From assembly GCF_963678635.1 (NCBI RefSeq), contig NC_087064.1:32617028-32681027 (forward strand): a stretch of DNA of 64,000 bases, in the 5' to 3' direction. Every line of letters starts with the position of its first letter. The stretch's first letter is position 1. This DNA comes from Symsagittifera roscoffensis (Eukaryota). The translations under genes and the position numbers were made by a program. This document shows positions 22,709 to 35,250 of this stretch, piece by piece. The notes beneath the pieces were generated by a model. The model was given only the letters and a program-made list of their open reading frames with translations, did no database searches and had not been told where the DNA came from.

Positions 22709-25700
22709 AATACCCATTGTTCAAAATATGCTCAACAGAAGCCAAGTTCTGACTTTTTTCTAAGTAAATTGATTAATAACGATGTTAACTAGCTCATTAC
22801 TTTCTTAAATGCACTCTTTCGTTGATTTGAAATTAATATGATGTTAATTTTTCAATGTGCATTTGGCGCATATGTTTTGATACCAGTAATAATTGAACAC
22901 TTTCTATGTTTAAACAACAGTTTATGGCTAATACAGCTAAGCAAATAAAACTAAAATTGGAAAATTGAGCTTAACTGTACATGTATCATTAAAAATCTTG
23001 CCTTTTTGAATTCAAATCCATCCGAAAAAAAAATTAAAGAATCCAAATGTGACGTACTAAAGGTACGTCATTTAAAAATTTGATACATTTGATGCCATAG
23101 TAAGGGGCCTACTTTAAGTTATTCCAGTCATGAAAATTGATATATTATTGCTTAGATAAAGTAAATATTGTGATGAATTGAGAGAGAGAGTTTGCAAGAC
23201 CTAGTTACAGACAAGTAATTAAGAATATCTAACCAAAGTCGTAATTCATGAAGTCAGCTGAGAACCAATAGAGGAGAGACACAAACTGCCGGGCTCCACA
23301 TGTCCACATGAGTTACTATAATGAAAATAAAAAAGATCTAGGGATCTGGAAAATATACAGATTAGGAAACACTATGCAAGATGTTGCACTATATTTTCAA
23401 CTAATGTTTTGTTTTGTTATACTGCAAAATTGCCCCCTCCCTGTCATTTTAAGGTAGAAATTGAGTTTGTTGACAAAATTGAGTTTTGACGACAAATAAG
23501 TTAAACCCAATTCAAAAATATAGACACTTAAATTGCTTAAAAATATATTAGAAATTATTTTGCTAGTGTGTGCGTCATGTTGATAATTGTTAACAATGCA
23601 TGATAAATGAACCAAAACAAAACTAATCATTCAAATGTAGTTTAATAATAGTTTTTATAATGCCTCTTTAATAATTGAGTATTAAATCGTACAAAACAAG
23701 GGAATATTTTTCTTGATATAAACAACATAGTAATTGTTTCGCGTCGAGTTACGTGATCTTATTGAAAAAAACTAACCCCTATCGAGTTTAGTTTTGATCA
23801 CATCAACGGTACTCATCTCATTTTTAACAAAATCAATCTCTTCCATCTTCAGAAAAGCCAAAGGGTTTTGACCGGGTTGTGTGATAAAGGGACTCCTGAC
23901 TGAAATCTTGATCACTATGACACTTATGACCTTCTGTTAAATCGATTGAAAAAAAATTAACGGTTGCAAGATTTTTGAAAAAACAACTTCAGACCCAAAT
24001 CAATTTCTAAACTATTGCATGAGAAATGCATCCAGGACTTGTCTATAACTCATGTAACATTCGCCCGGAAAAATATACCGACGGAAAAAAGCTAGGTCCT
24101 AAAACGACTGGCTAGCGTCCAAACACAGCTCCGCATGCTTTTTACCGTCTCTACCAAAAACAGTTCAATATGTGGTCCATTAAGAGTCGTTACAACTTGA
24201 AGGCTATCGGCCAGAGTCTGCAAATGAACATAGTTACCTGCAAAAACAGTGAGCTCATGGCTCAGTCTCAATATCTCCAGACCTCCAGGTCAATCCTAAA
24301 ATCGAGGCTACCACTTAATTAATTTATTACTTTTGTTGACATAAATCATCATATCTATCGGAGATGGATCAAACTTTTCCCTCAACTCCTAGCTTCTCAT
24401 TATTTGAAAACGAATATTATGTTATTTAATTCAATTCAGGACATTCCGGGAAGATAAAAATTGTTAAAATTCACTATTTACAGTCTTCACCGAGATCCTT
24501 CCGGATTCTTGAATCCGGTCGAAGAGTTGTCTTCTTGGCAACCAGGAAGGGTAGCAGGGTTTCTCAATAGCCCTGCGAAATTTCGGGAATCGCTCTGTAA
24601 CGATTGTAGGTGCCCAATCGTTACAATTCCGGATGATCTTCCGCTAATATCTTCGATGATAATTTATGTCGTTTCTCATTTTTATTGCTGAAAATCGTCG
24701 ATTTGATTTTCGCGGTTTCAGTGATCACGTGTCATGAACGCCTACTTCGAAAAATTAAGAAATGTTTCGTTACTCCAAATTAAACTCTCCGTAAATGTTC
24801 AAATGAACGATTAACACTGCTTCGCTGCTTCGTTAATCTTTCGAAGCAGCGAATCCTCCCACTGTACTGTTCCGCAAAGAATTTCGTTGGAGACAAGAAA
24901 TTCGATGATTCTGGTCGATTGTAACGTACTCCCCGGACAGCCTGGTCAATGTCCTCATAGAACTTCGATAACTCATCAGCATTGTACAGTGTCATCGAAC
25001 AGAGTTTACAAAATGATTCACCAGAATTTTTATCCACATTTTATCGAATCAATAGGTGCTATAAGTGTCATCATACTACATTGCTATAGCCTTCTAAATT
25101 TTTCACTAATCTGCACTCTGAGGATATGACCCAAGATAAAAATATCTTTTCTGACTTTTAGTGTCATTGTCTCAAGTCAAAATTTTTCTCCTAGGGTTAA
25201 AAAGTGTTAGGACCCAGGTAATTCCTGCCAACTAACAAAATAATTTTATCCTACTATGTTTCTTCCCTTCGGATATTTTCTTGTTTTTGTTCGTGATGAT
25301 TAAAATTAAGAAATGCGGTGGTTAGATGAAACAATGAAGTAATCTTCCTCCTCAGGAAATCACTCAAGTCTTTCAAGTCATCACAAAGTGAACAATCTTC
25401 CTAGATGATTCAAAACAACCATGCAGGCTGGAATACTTCAAATATCACTCAAGCCTATCTAATTAAATAGTACGTGTCTCTGAAAACACTAACTAAAATT
25501 ACAAGGCAAAATTATAAATGCAGCAATTTTAACTCAAAATAACTAAATCTTTTCCTTTCGTCAAGTTTCCGTTTCTAGCTTAGTTGGCTTGATTTATCAT
25601 TTGAGTTTTTCTCACACAAAACTATTTTGATTTTTAAATTTTTCTTTTTTGTTACTCTTTGTTCATATCTTTTTTTGAAGTTTCGTCGTTTAGAAGTTCG

Positions 25701-26392
25701 AAAACTTCTAAATTCTTCTTATCGTTCTCTCTTTGGCATCTTGTCATCCAGCTATTGCCACTGTTTCATCTCCTCCTCCTTTCACATCGACTCTGCACTC
25801 TAGGTTTCTGTGGCTTGCAACACATCGGTGGCCATTCTGACGCTGTTGGATGTAGTCCTCCAGCACCATTGTTTGCAGCAAGGTAAAGGGTCTACATCAG
25901 TTTCCCTATGTGTGCAGAAGCTGTTGTGAAGGCACAACGTCACATTTATCTCCAGATCTATCTTCCTTCAACATTTCTTTTTTTTCTCTTCCGTCACAAT
26001 CGATTGTTTTCAACGTTTTTTTCACTGGGGTAGTTAGTGTTTTCCGATGTGTTACGAAAGCTCGCTTGAAAGCTTCCGATCCTGTGTCTATCTGATACGA
26101 ACTGTACGGCCTGTTGTGCTACGACATATGCTTTTTGCCAAAATCGTACAACCAAAGAGTCATGTTGGCTCTGAATCATGACATCAGTCGTCTTCTGGAC
26201 CATTTTTTCTTTAATTCCATCAAAATTTTGCACATTGTCTTAAAAAAATCTAAATCTTTTAGACAATCAAGCTCTCCTAACTGTACCTCTAAAGAAATCA
26301 ACATGCTGTAGAATCCTAGTGCAGTCACTAGATTCACTTCAGTTCCTTCATGACAATCCGTTATTAGTTCTGTTTCTGTACTCTTTTCATCA

Positions 26393-27654
26393 CTATATTT
26401 CCAAACAATATCGCCAGTTGCTTGTGCTGCCTCGCAAGTGAGTTTGCGCAGTCAAGACCGCCACACAGCTAACAGGTTTGACCCAGTCATCTGGTCCCCA
26501 GTCAGGCAACTCTACGTTGTTGTCTCGGTTGCTCCTAGAAGCTGTAGTCATCAAGTTGTAGTTGATGTTGATATCGCGCAAAAAGCAATCTGCATTCAAT
26601 TCTCTCTGTACATTCTGCGTTTCTCTCTCTCTCTCTCTCTCTCTGTCTCTGTACATCCTTGAACCAGCGTTTGGACTCGGGCGGCACCATGATGGCTTCA
26701 TTAATTCCAACAATATCATCAAGCTTGTCCTCAGTAATTCATCTGAGATTCCCAATCCAAACTCCACGCTGTTGTGAGATTTCGGTATGGAAGGTTTAGT
26801 TATTTTTTCTTGCAATACAAGTACTAGCTTGACTTGCTGACTTGCCTTACCTCTTATCATTGATATTCATGACAACCTGAATCTCAATAACACAGCTTGT
26901 TGTTCATAATCGAAGTAATAATCACATATGTCCTCATCGATGAAAGGATAGTACGCCATTCCAACAGTTCCCGACACATAATGGTATGACTTCTTTCTGA
27001 TAGGTCCACAGTTTTCACCGAACTTCAGCAGTGTCCCCAACGATTCTTTCGTGAGCCTAAGGTACTTATTGGAGAACATTCAGATTTCAACGTTGTTCCC
27101 CAAGGGTTCTAGTTCCACAAGTTCTTTCATATTCTCTCTCAGTGGCTTACTATAGTGAATGTCCAACAGTGCTTGTAAAAGCAAGGTTTTTACCAGATCA
27201 CTGCATTCTCTCAACATTTTCGCACAGGTATTTAGCGCTGGAACCGACATCTGTTCCAACATGAACCGGACGAAACAGAGAGCGTTTTTCCGTTTCGCAC
27301 ACACTACTACCGCTCCTTCACAGATCATTAGGTCTCTCAAATGCGTCATCAAGAGCACCTTCTGTTCTTTCGACCGTTTTGTTTTCTTCAGATTCATACT
27401 CTTGCAGCGTCAGTCCCGTCATACACCAAGCAAGTTTGAGTTGTAGCTCAGCTGTTCTGACGTACGGTATCGCCACCAGGGCATGTATTATCGGAGTAGC
27501 TCGCATTTTGTCTTCGAAATGGCGTAGTAAAACTGCCATCTACGAAAACCTCACCAATTGATCCACCGTTTCTGTGTGCATCTCGGAAAAAGCTAATGTT
27601 CCGTTTGCCTTCTGTTTCATTGTCGTGCCTTTGATCATTTCTCCCAAGTAACAA
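26393..27654 (-). pseudogene. String of frame-broken minus-strand ORFs of unknown origin, possibly a decayed TE or host gene
   Basis: Consecutive ORFs 27654-27448, 27539-27318, 27397-27080, 27079-26867 and 26860-26393 on one strand in shifting frames. No motif I can assign. A (CT)n/(GA)n microsatellite lies at ~26620-26650. Confidence 0.2.
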
Positions 27655-27717
27655 TCCATGGCACTTTTGTTTTCTAGAGCAATTAAATGTCTTCTAGCTT
27701 AGTTCTGTGTTAAAATA

Positions 27718-27868
27718 ATGTGTTAAAATTCCTCCCATTTTCAAGGTCGTTGCTGAAAGCGAAAGGAAACGTAGAATTAATTAAAATGAACAAAGCGATA
27801 AAAAAATAATTGCGTTGCAATAACGCAGCTTTCGCAGCAGCAAATGAGCGATTGAAATAGCACATATG
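27718..27868. repeat. Direct repeat A (~150 bp), matching 29268-29388
   Basis: TGTGTTAAAATTCCTCCCATTTTCAAGGTCGT...AATTAATTAAAATGAACAAAGCGATAAAAAAATAATTGCGTTGCAATAACGCAGCTTTCGCAGCAGCAAATGAGCGA is shared. A carries a 23-bp insert relative to A'. Confidence 0.7.
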
Positions 27869-28287
27869 ATGGTCTGTGGAACTGCTGTTTGCACAAGAGC
27901 GTCTCTTGTCCATGTCATCCAAGGGCCTTTACCAGTTATTACCTTAGTTGCAGGTCCAATGTTAAATTTGCCATAATTGTTTTTGTAATAACGTGATCTC
28001 ATCGGAGGCTTCAGCAATAAAAAATACTTGGACTTCAATAGCAGCTCATCCGATGTAGGTACATTGGTTGAAAGAGGTGTATAGTGCGTCGCTAACATTG
28101 TCCTGAGCTCACCGTTATTCACACCATCAAGGAACTTTGAAGCTTCTGCCAAGTTCATCCTGCTGCTTGACTCGTCCGTTTGAGTACGCCTTCTAAGCAT
28201 TTCTAAGTCATCCCTGAACTTGTCTATGGTTTCATTTTCACGTTGCCTTCGTTTATCGAAGTGCATCTTCGCTTGCTGTTTTTGCAC
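27781..28287 (-). pseudogene. Gag-like ORF (168 aa) between the A/A' repeats
   Basis: MQKQQAKMHFDKRRQRENETIDKFRDDLEMLRRRTQ...NLAEASKFLDGVNNGELRTMLATHYTP: weak resemblance to retrotransposon gag N-terminal domains. C-terminus is encoded by repeat A. Upstream S/R-rich ORF at 29012-28545. Confidence 0.25.
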
Positions 28288-29267
28288 TCCCGAGCCAAAC
28301 GCGATTAAACTGTATCTCGAAGTTTTTCTCAGCAGTGTCTTGCTGGTATTGCTTTTTGGCCAACACGCAATTCAGGAATGTCCCTTCCAAGTTGCTGGTG
28401 AGCGCATTGCATTCTGGTCTTTCTTTCAAGTCTTATTCATTAAAATCCAACTTCATGACTTCTATCCAGGTATCTATACAACCAACAGAATCATCCTTAT
28501 AACATCTCGGTCTCTTGAACACCCGTTTAGATTTCTCGCTAGGCTCAAGGATCCTGGACAACCTTGTGAGAAAAGTCTCCAAGGAACTGTTCAGGAATTG
28601 CTGTTGCATCCCGTGAATATCTCGATTGATCGTCCATATCTGATGTTTGAGGCTCTAAAACTTCCCTCCTGTCCGAGTCGCAGGAATGAGCTCTTCCCTG
28701 GTTCAGGGGATTGCAGTTTGCGGACTCACCTCTTCCACTCGCAGGTGCTTCTCGCGTAGGTCGTTGGTTCGAGGTTGGCCTAATGCCAATAGAGCCTGCT
28801 CTGATATTCGTGGGAATCCTAGACCGGTGACTCCCAGTGGTGCTGCTGGATGACTTACCCCTTCCTATTGTGGATCCATAGGTCCTTCCTCTGTTTGGAT
28901 GCTCGTTTAAGCTCACTCTCGGCTCTCTACTAGCTTCTCTTGAGTGTGCTACTCTATTTCTAAATTCGCTCCTGTTTACCAGGAGGCCATCCAATCTGTC
29001 CATTCGAGACATACGCGATGATGGCCTGAGTGTGTCTTTCCATCATCGCGTATGTCTCGTAGGTCCTGTATAATACGTCTATTGCGATTTATTTCCTTCC
29101 GGATTCTCTATCTCTCAATATGAACTGCTTTTTCTAGTCCACTCATTTTTTTGACATCTGTTGATTCTGTTCACTCTTGCTATCCACAATCTTAGTCAAT
29201 ACCTCTTCATTGATGTCCCGTTGTCCCCCAATGGAGTCACTAGTGGTGGCTTCACCTTGTTTGTGCA

Positions 29268-29388
29268 ATGTGTTAAAATTTCTCCCATTTTCAAGGTCGT
29301 CGAATTAATTAAAATGAACAAAGCGATAAAAAAATAATTGCGTTGCAATAACGCAGCTTTCGCAGCAGCAAATGAGCGAATGAAATGA
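29268..29388. repeat. Direct repeat A' (~120 bp), partner of 27718-27868. Together they bound ~1.4 kb holding gag-like ORFs.
   Basis: See repeat A. Possibly short LTRs of a non-autonomous LTR element, or internal repeats of a larger element. Confidence 0.6.
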
Positions 29389-29650
29389 GGACATTATACG
29401 GCTCATAAAAGATCCACAGATTCAAATCAAATGAACAACGACGTTCACTGTGAATGAAATGAATATATTATACAGCATTAAAAACACAACAGAATAAGTA
29501 GACATGAACAAAATGCACTGAATCACAACTAATAGTCATCATTGATGAATTTCAACAGTTTTTCAAAAGAAATTTTCGAGCTTTTCGTTACAAAGTCAGC
29601 CAGTTTAAGTGTTCTAGACTTCCAAGTAACTTCCGACACTTATGAATTTT

Positions 29651-32600
29651 CTACCATTGAACGGAGAGCCGATTTTCGATGCGTAGACGTTTGTCTTGCG
29701 GAATTTTGGTAGAGTAGACAGATTCCACCACTGAACGATTATCAGTAATTGCTTTCACAGGAACCTTCACAGATTTCAGTTTCGATATCATTTTCTGACA
29801 AAATAAAGCAGGTTCGACAGCAATAACACAAAAAAGTGTTTCGCCCTTTGCCGTGCTTCTGACAACGCGACGTAGACAATTCGATTTCCAATTAATGAGG
29901 GTTTTTGATCGAAGATTTCCATAAAGGAATACAAGATATCCTGCTTGTGTGTCTCGAGAAGGTAAATTTCCGAGAGATGCGTCGCTATAAGCTGTAGTTA
30001 ACCAAATTTTCGGATCTCCAGGGTTTTCAAAACACATGGCACAAAACTTGGCTGTTGCGTCTAGCTTTCTAACGATCTCGTTAGCAATTACAAAATGTTG
30101 TTCATTATTCCATAAATCTGAGCTGGCCAAAAACATATTGACTTCGAAACAAACGTCTGGACGTGTCTGAATCGCGACCCACTGCAATTTTCCCATCAAA
30201 GCCTTCAGTTCAGTGTGCTGCTTTCTGGACAGTATTTGCCCTACTTTCGGAGATTCAATCGTTTTGATCTGATTGACAATCACTCTGGTCCAATATGAGG
30301 CGACCATTTTCTTCCAAAACATCGAAACAGAGATATCGGAACTGGGCAATTTCACTGGAACGCACATTGAAAACTTTAGAAAGATAATTCACGATTTCTC
30401 ATTAGAAAATGTCGTCACCACACCACCAAAAATCGTCTACATGAAAGGATAGCATTCCATGAAGGGTTTCATTTCTTGTAAGGTGAAATAGCAAGGATCA
30501 AAAGGGAAACTGTCCAGGATTTCTTGCTTAACGCGCTTGTACCAGTGCCGAGCTGCATCAACCAAACCATAAACGCAGCGCATTAATTTCCAAAGTGAAC
30601 CTTCAACTTGGGCTTCAGGTGGAGGTTTTATAAAAACATCCCAAGTCAAAGGTAAGCCTTGTAAGAAAGCAATTTTAATGTCAAGAGAATTTGTCTTCCA
30701 TCCTTTCTAGACACAAATTAGCAGCAAAATACGAAATGCTTCTCTTGAACAAGTTGGGAGTCTTTGATAACCTTGTAGTAATCTGGATCTTCATACCCAC
30801 TGATGACCAAACGTGCCTTTTTCCTACCATTTTCGTCTGTCAAGACCCTTCTACAAGTGAGATACAACTGGACTTCATTCTCAGCAACACAGTAAACATC
30901 TTTATCTATCCAATTTTGGAATTCTTTGCACTTTTCAGCGGCACAAGGATCATTGATTCCTGACAATACCTCTTTGACAGTGGCAGTATCGACCGACAAT
31001 GCAACTTCTGGACCACAAACCAGCAAATTCTCTAGCCGTGAAATGTCTACAAAGTCTGTACGCCCCGCCAACAATTCAGGTGCGTCATACTTGACGTTCC
31101 ACCAATTTTTGTGCTCGCCAGAGGATTTTCGATTGCTTGTTTTCTAGATGTACAGATATTGGCTCAATGACCGCACTTCTACTTCTTTCTGATACTGGCA
31201 CCACAGTTTCGACCAAGACATTGTTTTCAACGCATTTTCTCAGTCGAGAGCAATGCACTTTCAGCATACTTCCTCCATGACGCAGAAAAATAACGGCATT
31301 ATCAACCCCAATTATGTTAGCAGGTCTCCGGCACCGATTCTCGCGCTCGGTTTTGTAATAGACAGCTTGATCCTGAAAAAGGTCCGTTGTCTTTGCGTGT
31401 TTTAGCGCACAGCGCTCTTTCACTCGATTACAGAAGTCAGCTTCTGGAAACGCTTTTCTAGCAGCATTGAACCCCGAAACTAGAGCAGAAACGAACTCGC
31501 TGGTGGTTTTTGCTTCAAGAGCCGGAGGTTTATTCGTCAAAACTTACGGCATGCGTGGATTTGAGCCGTAATCAACTGGAATGATGAAAAACCATCTTTT
31601 TTAAGCAGAGAATGTTTCGTGAAGCCTGCTACTCTCAAGAGACTATCTTTTCCTAATTTAGTTGAAGGATCTAGCTTCAACTTCAAAAACAGTTATGTGA
31701 TAACACTATTGTGCCGCTCGACCAGGGAGAGTTGGCAGCCGACGTTTTCACTGTAAAATCATAATTCTCAGCAAGCGACTTGAAACTTCCATTGTCGAAC
31801 TCCTTCCCATTGTTTGTTAAAATTACGTTCGGAAACCCGTAAACGAAACCCCAGTTATCGACGAGCTTTGCAATTATCGTATCAGCTCATTTATTGACAA
31901 TAAACGTCGCAACAGAGAAACGAGTGAAAATATCGATTATGTGTAAATGCCACACAGATCGGCCCAACTCGGTCATTTCATGATTTTACGTCTTCGCCGC
32001 TACTTTTCAGTAACTTCCTTAATTTGTCAACTGAGCAATGATCAAACTGTCGGTGCAGCTTCTGGATATTCGGCTTGTTGAGTTTGCAGGCAAAAAAACT
32101 AAAACCATCTTCGCTGAAATCACTGACATTCATCAGTAAATGCCCTGTTGATGCTGAAACAAGCGGTATGACAGAATTTTCCATGAAAATCGCTTTTCTT
32201 TTGCCGAAATCAATGACCATTCTGGATTTCTCCATTGAAACAATGCTCAACAACTTAAGTAACTCTCCAGGTATTCTTGAAACATTGAGAAAACAACAGC
32301 AATTACTAAACATCACCGGAATATAAAGGGCAGTTGTAATTTTAATTTTCTCACATCCTCCAAAAATAACACTGGAACTCACTGGTTTTCTGATTACTTG
32401 TTTGAACAGAGGCTTCGGCAGTAGTTTAAATTAATCGGTCAGCCATTTTTTTCCAGTTACAGTCGTAGAACAACCTGAATCCAAGATAGCTTTTCCATGG
32501 CATTCATCAGTGAGTTGACCAGACAACATAACAAAAGACAGAAAGGCCTTCTCCCTCAATGTCACGCGGAACATCGTCTTGTGACACCAAAGCTGACGAT

Positions 32601-33551
32601 TCTTTTTCTGGGCAATCTTTCACCCAATGAAAGTGACTTACTTCCACAGTGTCCACATGTTTTAATACGACCATCTTGGTTGGGAGGATTCGTTCCTGCT
32701 GGTTTCTGTCCACCGTTGTTATGAGAACCACGGACGTACGGTCGCTTACTTCGGACGTACGGAAGTTTCCTCCTCGTCCAGCACCTTTTCTATCGGTGTC
32801 GAAACTCCCCGAATTAGTGTACAAAGCGGTATCTACTTCACGATGGGATACGAAAACAGGTTCATCTTTAACCACAATTGGTGTACTCCCGGAGGCCTGG
32901 TTGCAAGCAATCACAGTTGAAAAATTTTTCTTGATGCTACTTTTCAAATCCGCCAAAGTGAGTTTCGGAGTGGCAGAGAGCACTAATTTTCTGTCTCGCT
33001 CATCTAGCCCAGTGCAGACTAATAGCTTGCAAGCTAGTACTTCTTCTGGTAACTCAATTTTTTTTGCTTTTTAAACCTAGCGTTCGCTTGCTCAAACTCA
33101 GCAATGAAGTCAACGATGCTCGCATTTGTTCGACAGAGTTTTTCAAACTTTTTATAGTCTGCGAAGAGTTCATCAACCGCTTCTTTACCGAACGCTCCTT
33201 TCAAAGTGTCTAAAAGTTTGGTTAGGCCTTCGTTAAGGTTCAATTTTGATAACGGAATAGACATCGCTGTTTCTGTCTTCGCACCCGTCAATGAAAGCGC
33301 TATCACAAGGGCTCGTTTTTCTTCTAGAATATCAGTGACCGCGGCCCACATTAAAATTTCTCTCTTCCAAGATTCAAATGACATGGTTGATAGCCATACC
33401 GGCGGGGTTTGAACATTGATACAACCGATGGTTGCACTGTTGAGGCGGATCCATCATCTGCTCCTGCATCCATGTGAACTGGATAAAAAACACTGTTTGG
33501 TTCAGACTGTATTAGTAAACCCCACCGGACAACATTACAGCGCTGAAACAT
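29651..33551 (-). mobile_element. Degenerate Ty1/copia-type LTR retrotransposon internal region (gag - protease/integrase - RT - RNase H), multiple frameshifts, no LTRs recognised
   Basis: Minus-strand ORF pieces in copia order. Gag is 33551-32507 (UBN2-like N-terminus; knuckle remnant HFHWVKDCPEK). Integrase zinc finger LHRQFDHCSVDKLRKLL is at 32382-31978, IN C-terminus at 31540-31085. RT is 31074-30437 (KARLVISGYED; YGLVDAARHWY). RNase H is 30367-29651 (TRPDVCF...YSDASLGN...GYLVFLYGNLRSKTLINWKS). Confidence 0.7.
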
Positions 33552-33904
33552 GTTTATATGTAAAAAAAAATTGTTAACAGAAACTAAACAAAAAAGCTGG
33601 CTGATCCATAAAAGCAGGAGCTAACTGATCATAAGCAACTACTTACCATAGTTGGTTTTTCAAGGGACCACTCTATCATAGTATTACCACTATGGATATC
33701 GGAAGTGGCCTTGAGTCTAGTCTTTCGTTCAATTCCTTTCATCACGCCACGAACCAAAAGATTTAAATTAATTGAAAAAAAAACTTATTTGTAGAGTTTT
33801 AAGATTATGATCGGAACACTTTGTGCTATTTGCACAGCAACCGGCTATCCTTGTTTTCTTATGAATTCAAATTAGGCTTTTGTGATTTTCATTCTTGTTT
33901 TTAG

Positions 33905-34115
33905 TTGGAAAATTCTTACAGATCATGATCAATGCAATTGTTCTACTGCGACAAAGAAAAGGAGAATCATTTGTTCAAAGCTTGACCTGAACGATAGCAG
34001 AAATTCTGATGGGCTAGAACATTCTTCTTGTCAGCATCTTATCAAACCTTTCAATCATCCAGCCCCATGCCCTGAAGACTGTCCCCCTTCGTGGATTGTC
34101 TTCAATTTTACTGAG
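33905..34115 (+). CDS. Exon of a TSR/Ig-domain gene: C-terminal half of a thrombospondin type-1 repeat (5' boundary uncertain; gene probably starts upstream)
   Basis: Strong acceptor CATTCTTGTTTTTAG at 33890-33904 (the apparent N-terminal 'MIFILVF' is just the translated polypyrimidine tract). Encodes ...CNCSTATKKRRIICSKLDLNDSRNSDGLEHSSCQHLIKPFNHPAPCPEDCPPSWIVFNFTE. Donor GAG|GTAATC at 34116. Confidence 0.5.
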
Positions 34116-34187
34116 GTAATCTAAATTAACTAAACCAAAATTGCTATGCTGGTTTTTGCGAGCCTTTTATTTAGATACAATGTTTAG

Positions 34188-34364
34188 TGTAGCGTAAAAT
34201 GCGGCGGAGGAATCAAAACTCGGGAAGTATTCTGCGGGAACCCAAATCACGAAAGCTATCGAGCGGATGTCGAAAAATGTTTACTGCAACCAGAACCCAG
34301 TAGAACCGTGAAATGTGCCGACACTGACTGCGAGCCTCAGTATTCTACTTCCAAGTGGTCAACT
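34188..34364 (+). CDS. Exon: complete TSP1 repeat core
   Basis: Acceptor TGTTTAG|TGT. Encodes CSVKCGGGIKTREVFCGNPNHESYRADVEKCLLQPEPSRTVKCADTDCEPQYSTSKWST, the canonical CSxTCGGGxxTRxxxC ... C...KP...R...C layout. Phase 0 join with the previous exon (...FNFTE|CSVKCGGG). Donor GTTAGT at 34365. Confidence 0.6.
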
Positions 34365-34990
34365 GTTAGTTCTAATTACCTTAGTTAGTCCTAAAAATTG
34401 ATTGTAATAGAGTTGGTTATAAAATGTTGGGGTCAGAAAATGTTTGCACTTGTTTACACAAGCGAACGATAGGATATTTAACGAATTTTTTTCTAAGCTC
34501 TTTTGGTGGAACTTTCGCTGCATACCTTAAGCAATTTAATCAAATCTGTTTTTATTGATGGCTAGTGGTGGTTGCAGTTTGTCAAGTGACCATGGGGTAG
34601 ATGCGAGGACGTGAAACTCGTTGTTAAGTTCGGTGTTTAGAAGTCAGTAGGTAGTCATAGTTTTATTTTTTGCTACTTGCCTTTAACTTTAATTTTATAA
34701 GGTGTGTTTTTACTTCTTCTTTATTCATTTTTTATATAATTTATTGGAGTAGTTTTTTCTCGTTTTTTCGATTGCGTTAGCGTAGTGCAACTTTGCCTCT
34801 GTGTAAAAAGTTGTGTTTAAATTTATGTGAATTCGAACAGTATGTGTTCTCGCTTTTGTTTTGTAAAGAAACAATTGGTTTTCATATTCAGACCATTTAA
34901 TGTGCATTGACACTGTATATTTGTTACATTTTTACACTAGCGAACTTGTGATCGTAGTGTATTAGTATGGACATACTTTTTTCCAACCTT

Positions 34991-35250
34991 ACTCCCAAAT
35001 AAAAGTACTCATTTGGTGGCATTTTTGCTATGATCACGATCTTTAGCATTGTAAATTTCATAGCATCTGCTCTCTGCTTTATTTGTGGCTAGTGTTTGTC
35101 GATCATTAAGTGTCCGTGGCAGAGTGGGCAATACAAGAGGCTCTTAATCTCGAGGTTGCTAGTTCGAATCCGTCGTTAAAAATGTTTAAAAATTTTGTTG
35201 TTTTGCTAGGTTTTGCGAAAAGCAGCTTCGCCTCGGGTATAAATAAAAGA
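34991..35250 (+). mobile_element. SINE-like element copy: tRNA-Lys-like head plus conserved GCGAAG hairpin tail
   Basis: GTCCGTGGCAGAGTGGGCAATACAAGAGGCTCTTAATCTCGAGGTTGCTAGTTCGAATCCGTCG has a CUCUUAA anticodon-loop-like segment and a GTTCGAATCC T-arm box. Tail is GCGAAAAGCAGCTTCGCCTCGGGT. Homologous over ~260 bp to 59191-59470. Confidence 0.6.

Larger units (their letters stand above)
19122..22712 (+). mobile_element. Non-LTR retrotransposon (LINE) with ORF1 and ORF2 (EN+RT), one frameshift in ORF2, and a 3' microsatellite tail
   Basis: ORF1 has a coiled-coil plus an L1-type ORF1 (Transposase_22-like) core. ORF2 has an APE endonuclease and RT. The element ends in (CAA)n at 22687-22708. The 5' boundary is uncertain, ~19.0-19.1 kb. 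Confidence 0.8.

Noticed and set aside
24780-25037. 85-aa minus-strand ORF with ...ELSKFYEDIDQAVRGV... reminiscent of a LINE endonuclease segment
   Set aside because: The resemblance is limited to a short stretch. The expected downstream GDFN motif is absent and there are no flanking RT-like ORFs.
28220-28759. 179-aa plus-strand ORF
   Set aside because: Antisense to the gag-like and S/R-rich minus-strand ORFs inside the A/A' repeat-bounded element. Hydrophobic low-complexity translation typical of antisense frames.
33882-33904. Apparent N-terminal signal peptide 'MIFILVFSW' starting the 80-aa ORF 33882-34124
   Set aside because: The hydrophobic residues are simply the translation of a polypyrimidine tract, CATTCTTGTTTTTAG, that forms a canonical 3' splice acceptor. 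The real exon most likely starts after the AG at 33904.
35110-35190. Candidate tRNA genes; similar segments at 36008-36062, 44560-44640, 51000-51085 and 59311-59380
   Set aside because: They have tRNA-like D-loop, anticodon-loop and T-arm boxes, but acceptor stems do not pair and the lengths are wrong. Each is followed by the same SINE body and tail, so they are SINE heads or tRNA-derived fragments and not functional tRNA genes.
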